Assembly (NCBI GenBank): GCA_004377185.1
Contig: SOIM01000059.1
Coordinates: forward strand, 10,999 to 74,998
Direction: 5' to 3'
DNA: 64,000 bases
Source: Methanomassiliicoccales archaeon
GTDB taxonomy: Archaea; Thermoplasmatota; Thermoplasmata; RBG-16-68-12; SOIM01
Shown: positions 53,339-62,500 of the stretch, piece after piece
Position numbering within the stretch: position 1 is the stretch's first letter
Layout of the letters: each line of letters opens with the position of its first letter
The notes under the pieces: model-generated
Database searches by the model: none
Seen by the model: the letters and a program-made list of their open reading frames with translations, nothing else
Told to the model about the DNA's origin: nothing
Program-made: the position numbers and the translations under genes

Positions 53339-56300
53339 ATGCTTTCAGAACGAAACAGAGTAGCAAGCACGCTCTCCTCAGTGCTGGTCCTATCCCTGAT
53401 CACTAGCCTGGGCTTTTTCACAATCCAGGATTTCAACCAGATAGGATCCGCTGACCCTGTACTGATTCCGAATGGGAACTACACGAGTACTGTTATGTGG
53501 GACTTCCAGGATGCTAGCAATTACACAACAGCGAATGTTGACCTGACAAATCAGGAAGCCAAGCTTATCAAGGTCAATTCTAGTTGGGAGCAGACGACTG
53601 GATCGGATTTCAATAATGGAACTTTTGACAATTCGATAGCAACCCTGGATGGGAGAGTTGTTCTTTCCAATCTCACAAAGAATGTAATCGCGAATGGAGA
53701 TTTCTCATCTGACTCAGACTGGACTTTCCAGAACAGCTCAAAAGGGAACATATCATCGGAATGGTCTGCCACAGGTCAGAATGCTTGGATTCATCACAAT
53801 TCCCCTTGGAATCCACCATACTTCGGTAGTGCAGAAGTTGCTCTTGTGGTGGGAGATGGCAGAACAGAACCACCTGGCCTCAACGAAACTGATGTCCTCA
53901 GAAGCGACGACCAACAGTATTACCACGTGAGACCTGGCGAATACGTTCTCGTTGTGGGTTTCGATGCAAGCTCGATACAGGGAAAGGTCGAACGCGTTGT
54001 CTTATGGGCGCAGTACAGAGTGGAGGACAAATTCTACGATTCGCAGACATCCTTGATGTGTAAGAATGAGAGTGGAGTTTTTCAGAGGACCGATGTCATC
54101 CCAATGAACCAAGAGATGGTGGACGCAAACAAGTCCTCTGACATAACCTCCTTCTACTCGAGCTGGAATCAAACGGTGTTTTCATCACTGGAAGTGAGAT
54201 TCGACAACACTGATTCCGCACCCTTTGCCTATGTCGACTTCAACAGAATCTGGCTGGAAATCTACATTGCGCCAATAGACGAGACTGCATACGTCTATCA
54301 GGGTTTCGCCAGGGGAGAGAAAGTGGGTTACAAAGATACCAGAGAACTCGACTTTCTTTTCGCCAGAAACAGAACCAACCTGGAATTGCTTTTCGAACCG
54401 GGAAATGTGACACTGGCCTTCACCGGGGGGAGAAAAACGAAGACGATTTGGTCTGACCTGATTAGCGGAAAGGACTCATATATCGCTTCCGGTCCAGACT
54501 CAGGAAACAACTACGGAGGGACAAACACACTCGAAATGTTATCCATTGTCCAAGAAAAGAGAATTCTGATAGAATTCAACCTCTCAGCAATCCCCACTGA
54601 TGCCAGTGTTGAGAAAGCTGTCCTGTGGCTCCAAATGTCTCTGAACACAGGCCCTGATGAGAATGTGACGTTCTATCGGATAACGCAACAATGGGGCGAG
54701 ATGTTGGTGACGTGGGATAACCCCTGGCTGACTGGCGGTGGCGACTACGACCCCGCACCCTTGTCAACAAAGCTCATCAAGTATTCCTACGGGGACAGCG
54801 TGCTTGTTGGGTGGGACATGACAAGTAATGTTGACGACTGGCATACGTTGACTTACGCAAACTATGGAATGATAGGAATTGTGAGCGAAATAGATACCTT
54901 TCCCAACGAAAGGCATTTCCACTCGCGCGAGACTGGATTCTCTCCGTTTGCTCCGAGGTTAGAGGTCACATATTCAAACAAGACCTACGCTTCTCTGGGA
55001 AACCTAGAATCAAGAATACTTGACGCAGAACGGAATGTGACTTGGAAGAACATCAGCTGGACTCAGAGCGTCATACCTGGGACAACTGACCTGAGGGTTT
55101 ACACGAGAACGGGATGGATGCCCGATCCGTACATCAATCCAGAAGCATGGGGAAATTGGACACCTGGTTCGGCCTACCAGAACCCGAACGGGGAGCCTAT
55201 TCAGTCCTCCCCGAACAGATATCTGCAATACAAAGTGGAGTTCTTCACGAGTGACCAGAATTATTCTCCCGTTCTCTCTGACATTATGGTTCGCTGGTCG
55301 GATGTGAAACTGAACTTCGATTATAGAATGGAGAACGTCATAAGCATGAACAAAGCAACCTTGGTTGCCTGCATCGACGGTGAGGAGGTTTGGTCGGCAG
55401 ACCTGGCCACTATGATGAGCTGGGCCTCCGAAGAGGTTGAGATTAGTTCCGTTCTTGTTGACGAGTTGATGCATACTGTAAGGCTCGGGCTCTCATTGTA
55501 TTCCAATATCAGTGGCGCGACAAATGGCACGGCAAGGTTCGATAACGTCAGGATTACCAATCCGCTTTACGGCGAGTATTCCTCTCCTGTCCACAGTGCA
55601 GGGCTTCGTACGAAGTGGGAAAACATATCGTGGGTCGAGACAGTCACTCCAGGAACCAATGTGGAGATAAGAACCCGAGTCGGGAATACATCAATTCCAG
55701 ACTCGAACTGGACAGGATGGTCACCCCCATACACCGTCAGCTCAGGAGAGGACGTAGGGCAGCCACCCACTCCCTTCATTCAATACAAGATTGTGCTGAG
55801 TTCCACAGACCCAGACATCACGCCCGAGGTTGAATCGGTGAGAATTGAGTACAGCAACTTCTATGACTGGGGGATGCTGAAGACCTTCAACTTCTCTCCA
55901 GTCGGGATTCTGGAATGGGGGATCTTCAATGCGTCCGCAAACATTCCCAACGGCACGGACATCAAGTACTTCTACTCCACGAATAACGGGACATCATGGT
56001 TCGAAATGAGCCCAGGATTCAACATGAGTAGCGTGGCAATACCAGACATTCAGATAAAGGCTGAGCTCTTCACATCCTCCAACGAGTCCACTCCTGTCCT
56101 TTATGAAATGAGCCTCACCTTCATTCACCTGGAGCCACTGGCCAGTATAGAGATGTCGATCTCTTGGTGGAACGGGACGGCGGATGATACCCTGAACATC
56201 AACGCACTGGGTAGAGATATGTACGGAAAGACAGTGACGTTCGAGCAGTATTGGTCAACAACGGATCCGAACGGAACGGTAGATTCCATGGGTCTGTACA

Positions 56301-59300
56301 CCCCTGGAAGCGCGGGTATCTGGCGGGTATACTGCAACAATTCGGACAATAGCATCTCAAACTACACAACTGTCACAGTCTCCCCCGGCTTGATTGTGCA
56401 AATCGGAATCGACCCTTGGAACCCAGGAGTAGTCACGGCAGACGACAACATCACCTTCGGTGCGTATGGATGTGATTCCGACGGAAACAGAATTTCTCAG
56501 GCGACTGTGAACTGGAGTCTGACTGACATCATAGGAACGTTAGACCCTGGCCCGAGCTTCTCTGCCTTTTTCGACGCGACAACAACTGGCACTGGAAGAG
56601 TCATCGCGGACGATGGGCGGGGCAACATCAACGTGACTAGTGTGATCACTGTGGTTCCCGGTGCTACTGCTGACGTGGCAATTACGCCTTGGGATCCGGG
56701 CACCATCACGGCGGACGACACCATACTGTTCACAGCGTACGGAAAGGACAGCGACGGAAATGCCAAAGGCAACGTTTCGGTCAGTTGGTCGGTCGTCGGG
56801 GGCGTAGGAGATATTCCTCCAGGGCCAAATTCTTCTGCCCTCTTCGATGCAACAAGGATAGGAAACGGGAGAATCGTAGCTGATGACGGATTGGGACATG
56901 TAAACAGTACGAATCTGTTCTCGGTCCTGGCAGGAGAAATCTCAACGATAGAGATAACACCGTCCTATGCCGAAGTAGGAACTGGCGAGGAGCAGAATTT
57001 CACAGCCCAAGGCTTCGATGCAGATGGAAATCAAGCAACGTTGGTTACAACTATTTGGACAACGAACGTTGGCAACATCGTCCAGGCCACGGCAACATCT
57101 GCAACCCTCGTGGCACAGGACACCGATTACATAGGAGGTTGGGTAGAGGCGACTCACGGTTCGGCAGTGGGTTCAGCCACCGTTAACGTGACAGAGAATC
57201 TGCTTGCACCGGTAATCAACGGGACCATACCCTCCCAAGAAAGACCTGAGGACTACGGTAGCTGGAGCCTGGATCTCTCCGGTTTTGCCGACGACCCTAA
57301 TGAGGACCTAGACACTCTGATGTGGAATCTCAAGAATTATGATTCGGGTCTGTACACGGTCACTGGCACGAATATCGCCGGAAATCATGTGTTGGTTTTC
57401 TCAACGGTGCTCAATGCAAATGGCAATGATCTGGCCGAGCTGGAGCTGATGAATAGCTTAGGACTGGTGGACAGTCAGATGATTTGGATAAACATAACCT
57501 CCGTAAACGATGACCCGATTATATCAGGCGCCCCGGACTTGTTCGTCAGGTATGACGAGCCATATGACTTCGACTACTCTCCCTACGTTTGGGATATCGA
57601 CAACGACACCGCCGACCTGTCCCTCACAACGGACGACCCGACAAACACGACCGCCCAGGGGCTCAATGTGACATTCTCCTACCCCCAGAGCATGGTTGGT
57701 CACACCGCATTCGTCAGGATAACAGTGTGGGATGGAGCGGGCGGATGGGACAGTGACATCGTTGCGGTGAGGATTTCCTCCAACTATCCGCCCACTCTGG
57801 TAGGACTTCTCCCCGACATTAGGATCAATGAGAGCGAGACAAAAGAAGATGTCTTCGACCTCGATGATTACATAGTCGATCCAGACATGGACAGCCTCTT
57901 CTTCTCGTTCGGTTACACCCATCTCACAATCACCATAGATGATGAGAACAATGTGTCCATTACGGCGGAGCAAAACTGGATTGGGTGGGAAAATGTCACG
58001 TTCAGGGCGGTTGACCCAAATGGAGGGATAGCGGAAGACACGATCACGGTGGAGGTGGTTGCGGTCAACGACCCACCAGAGATATCAGGAGTGCCACCCC
58101 TCGTCATTCACTTTGAATATCCCTACACCTTCGACCTCACCCCCTACATATTGGATGTCGACAATGACACGTCCGAATTGACCATCTCGACCAACAATCC
58201 AGATAATGTGACCGTCAATGGTCTCAAAATCACTCTCCTGTATCCCGAGTACTGGGGTGGGAATCCCTATCCTTACTCAGTCCAGCTCACGATCTTCGTA
58301 TCTGACGGGTTGGATTCATCCTTCCAAGTGATAACGGTAACAGTAAACGACAACTATCCTCCAGAGATTCTGACACATCTGCCTGATCTGACCTTTGAGG
58401 AGGATTTTCAATACCAATACGCGTTCGATTTGGACGGCTATTTCAATGACACGGACAGTGATACATTGTTCTTCGTTTCCGGGCAAGAGATATTGATAGT
58501 CACTATACACGAGAATCACACGGTATCCTTCGAAGCTCCACTGGACTGGTATGGAGTTGAGAACGTCACATTCAGGGCGATTGACTCTGAGGGGGCGATT
58601 GTGGAAGATACGATCAGGGTGGAGGTGATACCGGTCAACGACCCGCCGGTTGTCCTTACCATCCCGAATCAATTCGTGGGCGAGAGGCAGTGGACACTTG
58701 ATATCACAGCATACATCAGCGATGTGGACAATGACATCTCGGAGCTGAATATCACTACGAATTCTCAGTATGTGACCGTGGAGTCCATGATATTGTTCTT
58801 CGACTATCCAGAAGGGGTCAGTGAGGAGAACATCACCATCAGGGTGAGCGACGGTATCTCGAACACCACGCGATCCATTCTGGTGGTCATAATCGGTAAC
58901 GAGCCGACGGACTGGCTTTCTGAGAACTGGCTAATGGTACTGATCTTGATTCTAACTATTATGGCGCTCATCGGTTCTGCAGGATACCTACTCTTGAGAA
59001 AAGCCCTGGTGATCGAAGACATATTCCTGATACACAACAACGGAATGCTGCTGGAGCATCACACGAGAAGACTGAAGTTGACAGTTGATCACGACATTCT
59101 GAGCGGTATGCTCACTGCCATCTTGGAGTTCGCCAAGGAGACATTCACCTACGGAGAGGGAGGTGGGCTCAGAAAGATGGACATAGGCGAGAGAATAATA
59201 TTGCTGGAGAGGGGCCGATTTGTGACAGTCGCAGTTGTGGTTAGAGGTGAAGAGCCCGAAGACATGACGGAAAGGATGGCAGAGCTGGTAGAGGACATTG

Positions 59301-59503
59301 AAGAGAAATACCCGGATGTTGAGAAGTGGGACGGAAAAGTGGGGGCCTACAAGGACTTGCCTGAGATGTTGGGCAGATTCAGCAAAGGAACGTACGAGAA
59401 GGGTTTCTGGAAGACCGGCCAGAAGAAGATAAGGTCCTTGCTCGACAGGAACCAGAAAAACAACAACTCCAAGAACAATTCCTCAAAGAGGAAAAAGGAC
59501 TAG
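53339..59503 (+). CDS. giant (2054 aa) type-I membrane adhesin-like protein (Ig-like/Big_2-like and cadherin-like repeats, TM helix, cytoplasmic alpha/beta domain)
   Basis: N-terminal signal/anchor VASTLSSVLVLSLITSLGFF. Three Ig-like repeats (IDPWNPGVVTADDNITFGAYGCDSDGN..., ITPWDPGTITADDTILFTAYGKDSDGN..., ITPSYAEVGTGEEQNFTAQGFDADGN...). Three or more cadherin-like modules start VNDDPIISG / VNDPPEISG / VNDPPVVLT. The TM helix WLMVLILILTIMALIGSAGYLLL is at 58928-58996. There are very many N-x-S/T sequons. Confidence 0.8.
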   Translation: MLSERNRVASTLSSVLVLSLITSLGFFTIQDFNQIGSADPVLIPNGNYTSTVMWDFQDASNYTTANVDLTNQEAKLIKVNSSWEQTTGSDFNNGTFDNSIATLDGRVVLSNLTKNVIANGDFSSDSDWTFQNSSKGNISSEWSATGQNAWIHHNSPWNPPYFGSAEVALVVGDGRTEPPGLNETDVLRSDDQQYYHVRPGEYVLVVGFDASSIQGKVERVVLWAQYRVEDKFYDSQTSLMCKNESGVFQRTDVIPMNQEMVDANKSSDITSFYSSWNQTVFSSLEVRFDNTDSAPFAYVDFNRIWLEIYIAPIDETAYVYQGFARGEKVGYKDTRELDFLFARNRTNLELLFEPGNVTLAFTGGRKTKTIWSDLISGKDSYIASGPDSGNNYGGTNTLEMLSIVQEKRILIEFNLSAIPTDASVEKAVLWLQMSLNTGPDENVTFYRITQQWGEMLVTWDNPWLTGGGDYDPAPLSTKLIKYSYGDSVLVGWDMTSNVDDWHTLTYANYGMIGIVSEIDTFPNERHFHSRETGFSPFAPRLEVTYSNKTYASLGNLESRILDAERNVTWKNISWTQSVIPGTTDLRVYTRTGWMPDPYINPEAWGNWTPGSAYQNPNGEPIQSSPNRYLQYKVEFFTSDQNYSPVLSDIMVRWSDVKLNFDYRMENVISMNKATLVACIDGEEVWSADLATMMSWASEEVEISSVLVDELMHTVRLGLSLYSNISGATNGTARFDNVRITNPLYGEYSSPVHSAGLRTKWENISWVETVTPGTNVEIRTRVGNTSIPDSNWTGWSPPYTVSSGEDVGQPPTPFIQYKIVLSSTDPDITPEVESVRIEYSNFYDWGMLKTFNFSPVGILEWGIFNASANIPNGTDIKYFYSTNNGTSWFEMSPGFNMSSVAIPDIQIKAELFTSSNESTPVLYEMSLTFIHLEPLASIEMSISWWNGTADDTLNINALGRDMYGKTVTFEQYWSTTDPNGTVDSMGLYTPGSAGIWRVYCNNSDNSISNYTTVTVSPGLIVQIGIDPWNPGVVTADDNITFGAYGCDSDGNRISQATVNWSLTDIIGTLDPGPSFSAFFDATTTGTGRVIADDGRGNINVTSVITVVPGATADVAITPWDPGTITADDTILFTAYGKDSDGNAKGNVSVSWSVVGGVGDIPPGPNSSALFDATRIGNGRIVADDGLGHVNSTNLFSVLAGEISTIEITPSYAEVGTGEEQNFTAQGFDADGNQATLVTTIWTTNVGNIVQATATSATLVAQDTDYIGGWVEATHGSAVGSATVNVTENLLAPVINGTIPSQERPEDYGSWSLDLSGFADDPNEDLDTLMWNLKNYDSGLYTVTGTNIAGNHVLVFSTVLNANGNDLAELELMNSLGLVDSQMIWINITSVNDDPIISGAPDLFVRYDEPYDFDYSPYVWDIDNDTADLSLTTDDPTNTTAQGLNVTFSYPQSMVGHTAFVRITVWDGAGGWDSDIVAVRISSNYPPTLVGLLPDIRINESETKEDVFDLDDYIVDPDMDSLFFSFGYTHLTITIDDENNVSITAEQNWIGWENVTFRAVDPNGGIAEDTITVEVVAVNDPPEISGVPPLVIHFEYPYTFDLTPYILDVDNDTSELTISTNNPDNVTVNGLKITLLYPEYWGGNPYPYSVQLTIFVSDGLDSSFQVITVTVNDNYPPEILTHLPDLTFEEDFQYQYAFDLDGYFNDTDSDTLFFVSGQEILIVTIHENHTVSFEAPLDWYGVENVTFRAIDSEGAIVEDTIRVEVIPVNDPPVVLTIPNQFVGERQWTLDITAYISDVDNDISELNITTNSQYVTVESMILFFDYPEGVSEENITIRVSDGISNTTRSILVVIIGNEPTDWLSENWLMVLILILTIMALIGSAGYLLLRKALVIEDIFLIHNNGMLLEHHTRRLKLTVDHDILSGMLTAILEFAKETFTYGEGGGLRKMDIGERIILLERGRFVTVAVVVRGEEPEDMTERMAELVEDIEEKYPDVEKWDGKVGAYKDLPEMLGRFSKGTYEKGFWKTGQKKIRSLLDRNQKNNNSKNNSSKRKKD
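58997..59500 (+). other. cytoplasmic C-terminal domain of the adhesin (roadblock/longin-like alpha-beta pattern by eye) plus a basic tail
   Basis: IEDIFLIHNNGMLLEHHTRRLKLTVDHDILSGMLTAILEFAKETFTYGEGGGLRKMDIGERIILLERGRFVTVAVVVRGEEP..MTERMAELVEDIEEKY. The beta-beta-alpha-beta-beta-beta-alpha periodicity is typical of Roadblock/LC7-like sensors. This is an inference only. Confidence 0.35.
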
Positions 59504-62500
59504 CACTCGTTCCTGGCTTTCTTTCTTCGCATTCTGGAGACCAGAGGTAAGAATAGCACAATGATCAGCGGTACGACTATTGTTCCGAATTCCGGAATGA
59601 GGGCCGTGAAATCCGTGAAGTCTGAGACACTCCCTACATCACCGCGATACGTCCAAGAACCACCTCCGTCCGAAGACCTGTACACCTCCCCCGTCGTCGC
59701 CACAACGTAGAGATAGGAGTCGTACCCCCATTCTATTGCGGTATACGTTTCCGAGCCAACATCCCCCTTGTACGACCATGAGGAACCACTGTCTTGAGAT
59801 TCGTTGACATAGCCAGAGGCAGTAATCACGTAGATGTAGTCTCTGTCATCTGCAGTTATGTCCTGATAGTCCGTGTCCAAACCAGCATCTCCCCGGTAAT
59901 TCCAAGTCGACCCACTGTCTGTGCTTCTGTAAATGGTTCCATTGGTCACCAACAGAAAGAGGTTATCTGAAGAGTTATAGGCGATGCCTATGAATCCACT
60001 GCTCGCGGACGGATCCGCATCCCCTTTGCTGTTCCAGTTCACCCCACCGTCCGTGGACTGATAGACTTCTCCTCCCTCTCTCACAGCATACAGATAATCG
60101 TTTCCGTCAATCGTGATGTCTATCAAATCCTGGTGGTTTCCGATGTCGCTCAGCTCCGTCCACGTGCTTCCTTCATCATCTGAACCATAGACCTCTCCGT
60201 TCTTACGCAATACGTACAAGTAACCTGAGTGGTTCGCAACGATTGCCCTGTAGCCTGCCCCGTTTCCCGCGTCTCCCTTCTGCGTCCAAGTCGCGCCTCC
60301 GTCCAGTGATTGAAAAACGTCCCCAACAGCTTCAAGGGCGAAAGGGTCTTCAGTGAGCTCGCCAAAGGGTGCGTCAGTACTGTCAGTACTCCTCTTGTTC
60401 CAGTCCGAGATTTCGAAAAGGACATCGAAGGTCTGGCCGTCATCTAGATCCAGTCGGTCTTTCTCGACCATCAGTTCGATCTGTGAGTACACCTCTGCAT
60501 GCCGAACGCTCCCCAGCTGTTCCCATTTATAACTCCAGATGCTCCCTTGGTGGGACATAAGTCTCGCGTCTCGGACGGAACCCTCCCTACCGCGGATTTC
60601 CACCAGATAGTCCGCCCCCAACCCTTTGCGGCTGTATCCGGTCGAAGGATCTTGATCCGAGTCAATGAAAACCCACAGGACATCATCTCCCCTGACAGCA
60701 GGCCCTTCCACTCTGCCTATGAAAACGCTCACCTTCGTTCCAGAGTAGGGTTCCTGAAAACCAAGTGGAATTGTGGCGTTTAGCCACATGTCTGGACCGA
60801 GTGGGTAATCAATCAGTCCATCTCCATCGACATCCCCGCTCTCAAACTCGTCGGGCGTCCCGTCATTATCGAAATCTCTGCTGTAATCAACCGATCCCAT
60901 GCGGTCATTCGGATCTGGAACACCGTCCCTGTCGGTATCAGGGAATGATGTGGAAGTGCCATCAACGATTCTGATCGAGCTCTGGGGTGCACTACACCCA
61001 GCCATGACCTGGCCGAGCGTGGAAAGATAAAAGAGAGCATACCGCTCATTCTTCACAGCGGAGTACTTGTCAATGTCGATATTTATGTTCCCTTTGGTAC
61101 TTGACTCTCTTATTTCATCGCTCTCCAGCATCCCCTTCCAATCAAGAAAAGCCCCATCGATTTCCATCTCTGGATTCGTGTGGCCGATGTAAGCGAGCCC
61201 ATTCGCGGATGGGAGGGTTTTGACCGTAATCCCGGCATTTGAAGAGCCGACTGCCCTTGAGTGTGCTATTCTGAGTCCGAAAGTTCTTCCGCTGTCTCCT
61301 GCAACATCCGCGTAGACTGTGAACATCTCAGTCTTGCCCTTGTGTATGACGACCTGGTTGAAATCGAGTCTCGTGGACACCCCATTTGAAAGCTTGTTTG
61401 ATATCTCCCTCCCGCTCGAATCTTCAACACGAATCCTTGATATCTCCGAGGGACGTGCGGTGCCGATAGGCTCGACCTCGAAGTATTCCACCTTCACGTT
61501 CCCTCTAATCGAGGCCAGACTCAGCTCAAGAACTGCCTGACTTGATTCGTCCAGAACGAAATTGTCCCCCAAGGCGCTCTTTTGGGTAACGCTGAGCAGA
61601 CCGTACTGGCTGCTCTGTACGAAATCGGAAGTGTCCATCTGACCGTTCCAGCTTCTCGCAAAGAACAGTACATCCACGTCCGACTTCTTCGAATCAATGG
61701 CCCTGGTTGGAACAACGGACTCAATTGATCTAGATGTAACTGAGGACCGAACACTCGATGCATGATTCCATTCATTCCAGCCACTCTCGTGCCCGTTTGA
61801 GGGGTAGCTCTTCATCTTGGAGGAGACCACCTTCCCATTCAGACCGGCGATCTCGACCATATAGTCAGCACCGATACCCTGGACGGGATATCCGGTCGAA
61901 AAATCCTGGTCCGAGTCGATGAAGACGCCCACCAAATCGACCTCGCGAGTCGAAGGGTTTCCCATCAACAGGTTCGAACCCGCCACCTTCAGGCAGAAAT
62001 ACAGGTTGTTTCCTCGCCGTCTGACATCCGTGGCCACTACATCGATGTTCGGATCCAAACCTTCGGTCCGATGGCTCTGAACTAGGTCCTCCGCGACCCA
62101 GTCATCAAGAAGTCCATCCACCTGTACGCCGATTCCAGCCTCATCTGCCGGGGGATTCACGAGCGGTACAAGAAGAATAAACAGAGCTACCACTGGTATG
62201 ACCCATATCCTCCAGGCCTTCGCTCTGCTTTCCCTCCTGAAGCGATAGACGCCCAATCCGTTCGTAAGACCGTTGCCGTTTGTGAGACCGTTAGTGACTC
62301 CCACGCGAGTCTTCTGTATTCTGTTCGCCAACCCGTTAGTTAGGCCATTCGTCAAACCGTTCGTCAAGCCGTTGGTTAGGCCGACCGTGATCGCCCTTTC
62401 CCTTGCCTTTTCCAGGGGCCGTTCGCCCCGGACACGTCCGTTTGTGAAGCCGACCGTCCGAACCTCTCTTCGGTAGAATTCCCTCTCAATCCAGCTGGTT

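Noticed and set aside
62251-62457. Short tandem DNA repeats considered as a possible CRISPR or minisatellite
   Set aside because: The units are 15 nt, contiguous with no spacers, and in frame within a long ORF, where they encode GLTNG peptides. This is not a CRISPR array.
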